Below, piece by piece: positions 54,120 to 64,000 of a DNA stretch of 64,000 nt. The stretch's first letter is position 1. Each line of letters begins with the position of its first letter. Where the stretch lies: the NCBI GenBank assembly GCA_963764455.1, contig CAVXSN010000019.1, positions 3,369-67,368 on the forward strand. Direction: 5' to 3'. The translations under genes were made by a program, and so were the position numbers. This stretch comes from Ilumatobacteraceae bacterium. Lineage in GTDB: Bacteria > Actinomycetota > Acidimicrobiia > Acidimicrobiales > Ilumatobacteraceae. Under the pieces are notes generated by a model. That model did no database searches. It was not told the DNA's origin and saw nothing but the letters and a program-made list of their open reading frames with translations.

Positions 54120-54637
54120 CGCCGCTGCTGTGGCCGGCCGTGCTCCGGTTGGCGATGCTCGTCGCCGCCTACGGTGCGGTGAGCAGCATCAGTGAGGCCG
54201 GCCAGCGACCGTTGACGAACAGCGGCATCGTTCTGTTCATGCTCATCGCGGCGGTGGCCGCGGTGTGGCCGGACTCGTACGCCTCGCTGCCGTTTCTTCT
54301 CGCGTACGGGTGGTACTGGGCGGCTCGCGTCGAGGACCCCGTTTCCGGTTGGTCGCTTCCGGCGGCCATCGCGCTGTCGGCGTACCACACGGCGGCCGCG
54401 ATGGCATCGCTCGCGCCGTGGAACGCGCCTGCCGACCGCGCGGTCGTCATCCGCTGGGCCGTGCGTCTCGCGGCGGTGGTCGGCGTCACCGTGGCCGTGT
54501 GGGGCGCAGCACACGTGCTCGACTCGTCGCGGCGCGACGGCCATGCAGTCCTGTTCGGGATTGCGTTGCTGGTGCTCGCGGTGGCCACGTGGGTCGTCGC
54601 GGCAGCGAGCCGGACCAGCAACGAGCCGGAGGCCTAA
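54116..54637 (+). CDS. Membrane protein of the MoxR cluster
   Basis: Several TM helices; ATGA overlap with the DUF58 gene. Confidence 0.72.
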   Translation: MTPLLWPAVLRLAMLVAAYGAVSSISEAGQRPLTNSGIVLFMLIAAVAAVWPDSYASLPFLLAYGWYWAARVEDPVSGWSLPAAIALSAYHTAAAMASLAPWNAPADRAVVIRWAVRLAAVVGVTVAVWGAAHVLDSSRRDGHAVLFGIALLVLAVATWVVAAASRTSNEPEA

Positions 54638-54651
54638 TCCTGGGCTAACCG

Positions 54652-54982
54652 CAATACCGTTCAGTGACGCGTCGCGACGAGTTTGATCGCGTTCGTTGCG
54701 ACGTTGTTGGCTCTAGAGAGTGGGCGTTGCGATGGATGCGACGACAGGTCCGGCAAACTGGGCGGCCATCGCACCATTGGCGCTTCTGGGCGGCGTGCGA
54801 CCCGGAATCCGGGCCGTGGGCCGCCCAGAATGCTGAATGAGGCGCAGACCGCCCAGAACGCGACGCGCCGATTCAGACACGGCGCGACGCCCGTCCACCG
54901 ACGTCTTCCAGAGCGGGCAACGGTGATCGCGACACGGCCAGACCCGACCAAACTAGCCATGCGCCCAAACTGAACGTCATTG
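54652..54982. mobile_element. Non-autonomous IS4-like MITE (331 bp)
   Basis: Terminal IRs CAATACCGTTCAGT / ACTGAACGTCATTG (12/14); GGCCTAATCC at 54631-54640 and 54983-54992; no transposase ORF. Confidence 0.6.
54756..54858. repeat. REP-like element copy A (two direct and two inverted CTGGGCGG units)
   Basis: First 75 bp align without gaps to 58397-58471. Confidence 0.75.
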
Positions 54983-54992
54983 GGCCTAATCC

Positions 54993-56023
54993 GCACGCGG
55001 CGCGTGTGATTGCGTGTCAACTGCCGGGCGTGCGGGCGGGTGCGCACCGAAGTAGTGCCGTGGGCTCGACCCGGTGCTCGCCATACCCGTGAGGTGCAGG
55101 ACCTGGTGGCGTTCATGGCGCAGCGGATGGACAAGACGACGATCACCCGGCTGTTGCGGGTCAGCTGGGAAGCCGTTGCTCGCATCGTCATCGACGTCGT
55201 CGCCGAACAGCTGGACACCGCCCGCCTCGACGGCCTGTTCCGCATCGGTGTCGACGAGGTCTCCTACCGCAAGGGGCATCGCTACTTGACCGTCGTCGCC
55301 GACCACGACCGCGACGGCGCCGTGGTGTGGGCCGCCGAAGGCAAGTCGGCCAAGACGTTGGAGGCGTTCTACGACGAGCTCGGCGCCGAGCGCTGCGGGT
55401 TGCTGGAGGCGGTGACGTTGGACATGGGCGGCGCCTACAAGAAGGCCACCGACGGCCGCGCCGGCCAGGCCCGCCAATGCGTGGATCCGTTTCACCTCGT
55501 GAAGCTGGCCAACGAAGCCGTCGACAAGACTCGCCGCTGGTCCTGGAACGTGCACCGCGACTTCGGCATCGCCTCGTCGCGATGGGTGAAACGGACCCGC
55601 TGGGCGTTGCTCAAAGAACCCGCCGAGCTGACCGACTCCCAGCTCGACGTGCTCCACGAGCTGCGCCGCAACCGATCGGTGCTCTACCGCTGCTGGCAAC
55701 TGAAAGAGGCAGTGCGCGACCTATATCGCTGGCCCGCCCCGCCGACGCCGCCGAGCACCTCGACTGGTGGCTGGCCTGGGCCTGCCGCAGCCGCATCCCC
55801 GCCTTCGTCACCTTCTCCAAGACGGTCCGGGCCAACCGCGACCGCATCCTCGCCGCCGTCGAGCTCGGCCTGTCGAACTCGAAGCTGGAAGGCCTCAACA
55901 GCAAGATCCGCCTGATCAACCATCGCGGCTACGGCCACCACTCCGCCGCCGCCATCATCGCCATGATCTACCTCTGCTGCGGCGGCATCACCGTCGAACT
56001 TCCCTTCAAATGACCGATTTTCC
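54993..56023 (+). mobile_element. ISL3-family IS, 5'-truncated; transposase ~55010-56013 with one frameshift
   Basis: CRACG..EVVPWA, IGVDEVSYRKGHRYLTVV, DMG, DPFHLVK, LSNSKLEGLNSKIRLI...YG; N-terminal part missing. Confidence 0.92.
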
Positions 56024-56050
56024 GGTTGCGACCAGACGGGCGCGACCCGC

Positions 56051-58278
56051 CTACGGGAGCAACGGCGCGAGGCTCGCCTCGACGAGCGGCCTGAACCAGT
56101 GCGCCGCGACCGTCGTGATGTGGGTGACGTCCCGGTACAGAAGGATGTCGCCGATGATGACCGGGCAGGCCGTGTCGGTGCACAACCAGTCGGTGGTGTC
56201 CACGAACGATGCGCCGAGACCGCTCGCGAGGTCACGTTCGATGGCCAGCCGGCTCGGCCATCACGACGTCTGCGCGCTGGGCCGCGGCAGACGTCGGCGC
56301 GGCGAAGGTTGTCGGAGAGGCACGATGCAGGCTCACGCTGCGCCGGTGGGTTGTCCCCGAGCACCACGACGTGCGGGACGAGGGGCGTGAGCCGGCTCAT
56401 CGTCGCCGAGAACCCGGCGGCCCACTCGTCGTCGCCGTTCGGGTAGTCGGCGAGCTGGCTCACGACGACGACGTCGGGCCGCTCGTCGGCGATGAACGCG
56501 ATCGCCGCGTCGCGCCAGATCGGGCACGTGCGGGCGAGCGTGGCGGTCGGGATCGAGACGGCCGCGACGGGGCAGCCGCCCTTGGCGAGCACGATCAACT
56601 CGTAGCCACGGTCCTCGGCGATGTCGATCAGGGCGGGCGACCACTGGGCGGCGTGCGAGTCGCCGTACAGCACGATCGTGACCGCCGCGCCGTCGGGACC
56701 GTAGCGGCACGGCGTGAGCTCGGTCTCGACTCCGATCGCCACGCATCCGTCGGCGTACACGGGAGCCCGGTCAGCGCCGACGGAGGTCAGCGACGGGCGC
56801 AGGTTCGACGGCACGTCGGTGACCGCGAGACCCTGTTCGAGCACCGTGCGATTTGCTGCCACGACGGCGACGAGGCTGCCGCCGGAGGGCGGCACCAGGC
56901 TCGCGGTTGTCGGTGGGGCCGACGCGGCCGGTGCCGCCGTCGCCGCCGGTGCGACGATCGCCGGAGGCGCGGTCGCTTGCCCCAGTGCGGGCAGCGTCGG
57001 CGCGGCGGCCGCCTGCCCGGAGTGCAGGCGAGGTTCGTTGGCGCTCGACATCCAGCCGATGGTGACCGCCGCCACGACACAGCGCGGCACCGAGGGCGAG
57101 ACCACGACGCGGGTCGAGCGCGAGCCACCTGGAGTGTCTGACCGGAACCTCGACCAGGCGTACCGACACCGCGGCGAGGGCGACCGACAGCACGACCACC
57201 ACGATTCTGGCCGGCAGCGCGAGCGGGCCGAACTTGGCCTCGACAAGCACGAGCGCAGGCCAGTGCCACAGGTAGATCGCGTACGAGTGCTTGCCGACCC
57301 ACTGCGCCCCCGGATGCCGGAGCAGTACCACCGGGCCGTTGGCCGCGCTGCCGGGGCCGGCGGCCGTGATCACCAGGACCGTGCAAAGCACGGGGAGCAT
57401 CGTTGCGTACCCTGGGAACACCGTGCCCGCGTCGTACGTCAGTACCGCGACGGCGATGCCGACCAACCCGAACCAGCCGAGCGCTGCCCGGAACCCAGCG
57501 GGCACGGTCGCGAACGCGGAACCGGCCGCGGCCACGGCGGCTCCGGCCAGCAGTTCAACCATCCGGGCGGGGAGCAAATAGAACGCCCACGTCGGATGGC
57601 CGTTGCTCAGCCAGATCGACGCGACCAATGAGGTCACCGCGACACCGACGATGATCGCGACGAGCAGCCGCCGGTACTGGCGCGGCCGGCGGGCGGCGGC
57701 GACGAGCACGAGCGGCCACAGCAGATAGAACTGCTCCTCGACCGCGAGCGACCAGAAGTGCAGCAGCGGTGACGGCGCGAGCTGGCTGTCGAAGTAGTCG
57801 CTCGAGGCGGTGGGCGAACACGAAGTTCACGACGAACGCCCCGGCCGCGGTGGCGTCGCGTGGCGAGCGCTCGCTGCGAGAGCGGCGGCAGCATCCAGCG
57901 GCCGGCACCACCGTGGCGACGAGCACGAGCACCGCGGCCGGCAGCAGGCGGCGGGCCCGGCGGGCCCAGAAGTTCGGCAGCGACGAGCGTCCCGGTGCCG
58001 GCCAACTCCTTGAGCAGCAGTCGGGTGATCAGGAATCCGGAGAGCACGAAGAACACGTCGACGCCGACGAACCCGCCGCTGAACGCGGTGATGCGCAGGT
58101 GGAACAGCAGCACGGCCACGACGGCGACGGCCCGCATGCCCTCGACGTCGGGCCGGAAGTCGTCGAGCGCGACTCCCCGGAGCTGATGGCGCACGTGGCG
58201 CCGGCGCAGCGCCTCCGGGGTGATCGCCGCCGGATGCCCGCGGGCGCGGCGCCATCGAGGGATGGCGCGCCCTGACAT
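56051..58278 (-). CDS. Acyltransferase_3 + SGNH hydrolase (OatA/OafA-like), frameshifted
   Basis: FRPDVEGMRAVAV, GGFVGVDVFFVLSGFLIT, LLHFWSLAVEEQFY, SYAIYLWHWP, GDSHAAQW, YRDVTH. Confidence 0.93.
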
Positions 58279-58396
58279 CGGGGCGTCGTCGCCGGGTCGG
58301 CGCCCGGAGCACAGAGGATCCGCCGACGGCCGTCGACATCGACCCGACGGTAACGACACCCATGTCATCCGTCGCGGATGGTCAGCCGCGACCGCG

Positions 58397-58471
58397 AACT
58401 GGGCGGCCAACGGCTCATTCGGTGATCTGGGCGGCGAACATGGCGGTTTCCGAGCCTGTGGCCGCCCAGAA
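58397..58471. repeat. REP-like element copy B
   Basis: AACTGGGCGGCCA-N6-CATT-N6-TCTGGGCGGCG-N23-GGCCGCCCAGAA, flanked by GGTCAGC/GCTGACC. Confidence 0.75.
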
Positions 58472-58651
58472 CAGCTGACCGCGATGGATCTACCGGCCGG
58501 GCTCTGCCGACCGTCAGGCGAGACCGCGGATCGCCAGCGGCTCGATCCGTGGCGACGACGCCGATGGCCAGCCGGCCGTAACCGGGAATTCACCGGGTGA
58601 CCAGGACGTCTGGTCGCGCGGTACCGTCGTCTGCATCATGAGGGGACATCC

Positions 58652-61407
58652 GTGACTCGTTTGGGCGTCGATCTCGGTACGACGTGGACCGCGGCCGCGT
58701 TCCTGGACGGCGCGGCGGCCACGCCGGTCAAGCTCGGCTCGTCGGGTGCGGCGATGCCGAGCGTCGTCGCCATCGTCGACGGCAGGCCCATCGCCGGCGA
58801 GGCCGCGGTGCGCGCCGGGCGCGAAGCGCCGACATCGGTGGCGGCGGCGAGTTCAAACGCCGACTCGGCGACGACACCCCGATCGTCCTCGGCGCCACGC
58901 CCTACGCCCCGGAGACGCTCACCGGAGCATCTGCTCGCCCACGTGGTCGCCTCGGCCGGCGGGGCCACATCGGTCGCCCTCACCCACCCGGCGACGTGGG
59001 GTGAGTTCAAGCTGGACCTGCTGCGCGAGGCGGGACGAGTCGCCGGGCTGTCCGACGTCGATCTCGTGCCCGAGCCGATCGCCGCCGCCGGCCACTATGC
59101 CCGGCTCGGCCGGTTGGCCAGCGGCGATGCGGTTGCCGTCTACGACTTCGGCGGCGGCACGTTCGACGTCGCGGTAGTGCGTCTCACACCCGGCGGGCCG
59201 GAGCTGCTCGGCCGCGCCGAAGGACTCGACCGACTCGGCGGTGTCGACCTGGATCAAGCCGTGCTGGCCCATGTCGACGCGACCCTCGACGGTGCGCTGC
59301 GCGGCGATGGTGCGCGATGACCCCGACGTCCGCCGGGCTGCGTTCGAGCTGCGCGCCGAGTGCATCGCCGCCAAGGAGACGTTGTCGGCGGATACCGATG
59401 CGACGATCGCCGTTCGCTTCCCGAGCCTGACGACCGAGGTCCGGATCACGAGGGCCGAGTTCGAGGCGGCGGTTCGGCCCCGCGTGGCGGAGACGCTCAC
59501 CACTCTCGACCGGGCGATCGCCTCGGCGTCGTTGAACGTCGGCGAGCTCGCCGGAGTCGTGCTCATCGGCGGTTCCAGCCGCATCCCTCTCGTGGCCGAG
59601 CAGGTTGCGGCTCATACAGGACGGCCGAACCTGGTCGATGCCGATCCCAAATTCTCGGTCGCTTTCGGGGCGGCCGAACCCCACCTGCGGCCGCAACCCG
59701 GCCGCCCGACGCCACCCGTCCCCGTCGCCGCGACCGTACCAACGGAGGCAGCCATGCCCGATTCCACCCGTTCCACCCCACCGCCCCCACCTGGCGCGAC
59801 CGACGCGGCCGCAAGGACCGAAGGCCACGCCGGCACGGAGTCGGCGGCCGCCAAGGTCTCGGCACCGCCGAAGCCGTCGGAGCGCCGCACGGCGGCCGGC
59901 AACGCGCCGCAGGAGCAGACCGGAATGTCGACGGCGAAGAAGGCCGCCGCCGGTGTTGCCGCCGCTGGTGCAGCGACCGCTGCCGCCGTGCTCTGGGGCG
60001 ACCAGGTCACCAACGCGCTCGGGATAGCACCGACGCCGACACCGACGTCGACGCGTCGACCAGCGAGGAGGCGGTCGCCGAGACGCCGGCAGCGGACGAG
60101 TCGATGGACGCGTTCGATGCCGGCGCCGGTGGTGGTGGCGGCGGCGGTGGTGGGGTGGCGGCGGCGGCGGCGGCGGCGGGTTCGCCCCGCCGCAAGCACG
60201 GCCACGTGTGGACATGCCGCCTCCCGTTCAGCAGTCGCAGCAGCAGTTCGACATCGCCCCCGAGTTCCTGAACGCCCGCGCCGAGCTGCTGCAACAACTG
60301 GAGGCCATGGAGTTCCCCGATGACGTCGACCCCGTGGCTGCCGCCGAGTTGAAGGAGCGGCTGGCAGGCATCGTCGAACGAGCCCGCCCGTTGCCAGGAC
60401 AGAGCACCGAGGACGCCGTGGCCGACCTGCGCGAGGAGTTCCGGGTCAGGATCGACGTCTTCCAGACCGAACAACGGCAGGAACGAGAGTCCGAGGGTGA
60501 ACCGGAGGCAGAGTCCGAGGGTGGAACGACCGGTGACGATTCAGGTGAAGGGAGCGGTGACCAGCCCGGCGACGAACCCGGTGACCAGTCTGGTGACCAG
60601 CCCGGCGAAGGGACCGGTGACCAGTCCGGCGAAGGGACCGCGAGCAGCCCGGCGAAGGGACCGGCGACGAGACCGGTCATGGGGCCGCTGAAGCCGCAGC
60701 GGCCGAGCGGTTCTACGCCGAGAAGGCGGAAACGATCCGAAACATCGAATTCGCGATCGGTGTCGAGGAAGGCAGCTTCAACCCTTCGCCTGAGCGACTG
60801 GCCTCGATGCAGAACCGGCTCATGCAAGTCCGATCGGCCCAGTTCGATCCCACGATTCCCGAAGAAGATTGGTTCGATCCTCAAGTATTGGACGAGACCC
60901 TTGCCGAGAGACTCCGGAACTTGGGTGACGAGTCCGGTGACGAGCCCGGGGACGAGTCGGGTGAAAGGACGGGTGACCAGCCCGGCGACGACGTCGTGAT
61001 CGACGTCTTCGACGAGATCGTCAGCGGATCCGCGGACCAAGCAACCGCGGTTGGCGACGCCACCTTGGTCGACCCTGTGGTCGACATGACGACTGTCGAG
61101 CCACCGGTTCCGGCTGAAGCCGGATCGAGTGACGTCCTCGGCGAGGAGCTGGTATTGGAGGACGTCCTCAGAGCGACCGAGATCCCGGCGCTGGACGGGA
61201 ACAGCCCGAGCCGGCGTACGACCTCGGCCTCGACGTGCCGGTGCTCGTCGACACGACCGTCGACGAACTCTCGGGCCCCGAGGTGACGAGCTGATGTTCG
61301 AGGAACCGACCTTCGAGCCCGAGCCTGCCGACCTCGGGGCGCCGGAGTTCGAGTCCGAGCCGGAGTACGCCGACACCACGCCAGACGACGACCTCGGCCT
61401 CGGCTGA
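58652..61407 (+). CDS. Hsp70-family protein (NBD only) with hydrophobic segment and long acidic repeat tail; several indels
   Basis: GVDLGTT, EFKRRLGD, THPATW, EPIAAA, YDFGGGTFD, LGGVDLD, AKETLS, LIGGSSRIP, VAFGAA; ORFs chain to the stop at 61407. Confidence 0.82.
60531..60680 (+). repeat. 12-bp coding repeats (GDQP/GDEP/GEGT); second block ~60923-60990
   Basis: GGTGACCAGCCC and GGCGAAGGGACC units. Confidence 0.8.
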
Positions 61408-61437
61408 CCTCCTACGAACCGAACGGCGTTGAACGGC

Positions 61438-62191
61438 ATGAACGAGAACGATCCACCGGCCGGCGGGCGCAGCTTGCTGGTTCCCGCGTCCGTTGCGATC
61501 GCCGTGGCGTTTCTGATCGGAGTCGGTCTCTATCTTGCCGCATCGGGCGATGACGATGACGACACGGTCAGCAGCGCTTCGACGTCACTGATCGACTCGA
61601 CCGAACCGACGACGGCGCCACAACAGCCAGGCACGACGAGCCCGCAGTCCGCTACCTCACCAACGACTCCCCCTCCGACGTCGAGCCCACCGTCGAGCTA
61701 GCAGTACGACGGAGCAGCCGTCCGTGACCACCGTTCCGCCACCGCCGGATGGTGATGCCGACGGGGTCCCGGACGACGAGGACGAGTGCCCGACCGAGCC
61801 GGGCACCGCGGACGAGCTCGGATGCCCAGCCCCGATCCCGATGGTCGTGGCCCAGGACGTACGACTTGTCCGCGCGAACGAAGGCGACGCGAAGCTGCAC
61901 CATCGAGGTCACCTGTACAACAACGGCCCGGGGGTCGCGTCGGACGTCGTTGTCGCCGTCTCGGTGGAGAACCAGAGGGGTGCCGGGGCTCCGGATCACG
62001 TGACCGACAGCGCGACGCTCGAGCTCTCCGGGGAGCTCGCGCCGAATGCGGATGCTGCCGTCAGCAAGCTCCTGGGGATCCCCATGGGGGACGGCGACGT
62101 GTGGCTCTTCGAGGGGACGGTGACCGTTCATGACGTGATCACGTACCCCTTCGAAAGCCCTTCGGGCGTGGCCACTCCATGCCAGGAGTGA
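61438..62191 (+). CDS. Membrane-anchored protein with TSP3-like Ca-binding motif and DUF11-like segment, frameshifted
   Basis: N-terminal TM, S/T/P linker, DGDADGVPDDEDECPTEPG..GCP, LYNNGPGVASDVVV. Confidence 0.6.
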
Positions 62192-62341
62192 TTCACTCCC
62201 CGACTCGACGGATGCGTCGCGACCGGAACCCCAAATGCACCCTGCGGTCCCGTGATCGCGGCACCGCGCTTTGCGTGACGTTGGCTCGTGAGGCGGTCTG
62301 CTTACCCGTGCCGGCGTCTCTGGCCGGCACCGCGCCGGCGC

Positions 62342-63532
62342 TCACCAATTCCAACCTTCGGTGGTGCCGTCGGAAGCATCAGCTTGCTCAGCGTCGCCGG
62401 GGAAGCTCATCTGTTCGTCTTCGTAGTCCTGGCCGCCCGACATCGAGGCGACGCCCGCGGCGATGTCCGCGGCCATGTCAAACAGACCGACCTCGGCGTC
62501 TTGCTCGAGGTCGACGCTCGATGCGGCGGCGTCAGCCTCCATGTTGAAAGGCCACCATCGGTCGGGCGTGTCGGACGCTCCGTCACTCGGGGTCTCGGAG
62601 TCGCTCATTTGCCCGTCATCAGCGAAGACCTGGCCGCCGCTGTCGTCGGCAAAGATCATCGGGCCGTCGTCGTATTCGGCGGAGCTCGACTCGTCTTCGA
62701 ACTCTGATTCCACCGTGTCCATGGGGTAGCTCATCTGCGCGTCCCAAGCGGTGTCATCGCTCGACGGTTCCGGGGATGCGATGTTCGACACCGGATTGAT
62801 CCTCGACGATGCTCGTGGGTCTCTCCGGAGCCCCCTCCCTGCCTGCCGCCACGGCAATTCCGCGGATGATTTCCTTGTACTGAAGGTTCGGGTCCTGAAC
62901 GTTCCCGAAGTACACGCGCTCGTCTGCCGCGAAGCGGAGAATCTCCGTCTGGTACTCCTGCTTCACCTCGGGCGGAAGCTGTGACGCAGTGTTGTAGCCG
63001 TCCCACAACGCCTCGTTGAATTTGTCGGCGTGCGCCTGCTTCGCAGTGTCGCCGGTCACCGACGTGAAGACGTCAAGCTCGTTGTTCACCCAATCAGGCT
63101 CCGCTCCCACGACGCCGGCCGCGTATCCGCAGCGCGTACCCGTGTCGTGACCTTCCGCCTCGGCGAGCAGCTTTCCTCGGTATCTGCCCTCTCCCATCAG
63201 CTTGAACTGCAGCAGGACCGAACCCAAGCCCGACAAGGCGCGCCGGCCGTCGCCGCGGCCCCAGCGGCTGCCCCGGCGACGATTTCACCCTCCAGGGCGA
63301 AGGTCGCGACATCAGCCACAACCTCTGCGACGTCTACAGCGGCCGAGAACTTCTCGAAGCCGTCCTTGTCCTCATCAAGGAGGTCCTTCACACCCAAGAC
63401 ACCTTTGACCCCCGAGTTGACAGTCCCTGGCGCGTCGTCCAGATTGGCGTCGAGGTTGAGGCCCGTCGCGCGTCCATAACCGTCGAAGAACTTGTCGAAG
63501 GTCGATTCGTCGTCGAGCTTCTCGTCGCCCAT
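62342..63532 (-). CDS. Hypothetical acidic protein with hydrophobic Ala/Gly segment, frameshifted
   Basis: RBS GAGGAG and MGDEKLDD; ORFs 63197-, 62754- and 62342- chain; D/E-rich C-terminal tail. Confidence 0.6.
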
Positions 63533-63684
63533 CTCGCACTCCTCGCTGACTGAGAGTTCATGACCATGGTGCGACTGACCCGCTGTTGTGGTCACCCGGT
63601 GTTCCCGGTTTTGGCCGTGCTGCCCAATGGGGTCGTCAGGGATCGAGTCGAAACACACCAATCCCGCCCGCCGATCCCGTTCGA

Positions 63685-64000
63685 TCACACGCTCCTCAGC
63701 GCTTCCTCGATCAACTGGAAGCAGTGATGCTCGAGCGGCTCGTAGAGTGCGTGGTCCCTCTGGGCAACCGCCACGCACATCTCTGATGCCCCGCTCGGAA
63801 CGTCGTCGACGAGGAACCAGTACATGGTCCCGAGTCCCTGGGCGTCCTCGACTCCCCATGCCCGTGTAGCCGGTGCGGTCTCCGCCAGCGAGCTCATGAG
63901 CGACGGTGTCGAAGAAGTAGAAGTGGACGTGGAGCTCGCCGTTCTTGTTCGGCTCGAACGTTGCCGAGTAGTCGACCATGATCGTGGAGGAGTCGCCCTC
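63685..64000 (-). CDS. C-terminal part of a hypothetical protein (HVHF.FDTV...MCVAVA..DH domain); runs off window
   Basis: Two ORF pieces join by one indel; Cys pair suggests an extracytoplasmic domain. Confidence 0.55.
   Translation of the reverse strand, partial: RATPPRSWSTTRQRSSRTRTASSTSTSTSSTPSLMSSLAETAPATRAWGVEDAQGLGTMYWFLVDDVPSGASEMCVAVAQRDHALYEPLEHHCFQLIEEALRSV

Noticed and set aside
50584-54637. DUF4129-MoxR-DUF58 cluster as a novel system
   Set aside because: Widespread, already described actinobacterial arrangement with nothing unusual here.
54709-54724. GGCTCTAGAG as the missing ISL3 left end
   Set aside because: No matching inverted copy after the transposase stop at 56013 and no transposase N-terminal coding sequence follows it.
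60531-60990. Short repeats as a possible CRISPR array
   Set aside because: 12-bp in-frame coding units without unique spacers and no cas genes; the same applies to the 15-bp repeat at 7354-7455.

Overview
High-GC actinobacterial chromosome segment. Gene content and order suggest Acidimicrobiia/Ilumatobacter-like (inference). Many essential genes (aspS, hisS, rel, secD/F, fbaA, tgt, pdxS) are broken by single-base indels, so most frameshifts are probably long-read or consensus errors, and split-gene coordinates are approximate. The backbone is the conserved minus-strand block lemA-htpX-DUF3048-pdxST-yebC-bcp-ruvCAB ... queA-tgt-yajC-secD-secF-apt-rel ... hisS-aspS ... HAD-tlyA-nadK-recN. Accessory items: (1) a ~5.4-kb tyrosine-integrase element inserted in the 3' end of nadK, with a 37-bp perfect att repeat, paired arm-type sites, and a Kv-like K+ channel, HTH proteins and a decayed ECF sigma factor as cargo; (2) a LacI/sugar-ABC/amylo-1,6-glucosidase locus with visible operators; (3) a divergent SRPBCC-ArsR / accessory clpP module whose 108-bp intergenic region carries two GCAAC-N6-GTTGC palindromes over both predicted promoters, the best candidate for an undescribed system; (4) a ~195-nt rod-like, 6S-RNA-like intergenic structure; (5) a PQQ-repeat gene with tandem TetR genes; (6) a MoxR-DUF58 cluster; (7) an IS4-like MITE, a truncated ISL3 and a REP-like repeat family around an acyltransferase-SGNH gene; (8) an Hsp70 NBD-only protein with a very long acidic repeat tail, followed by acidic orphan proteins.
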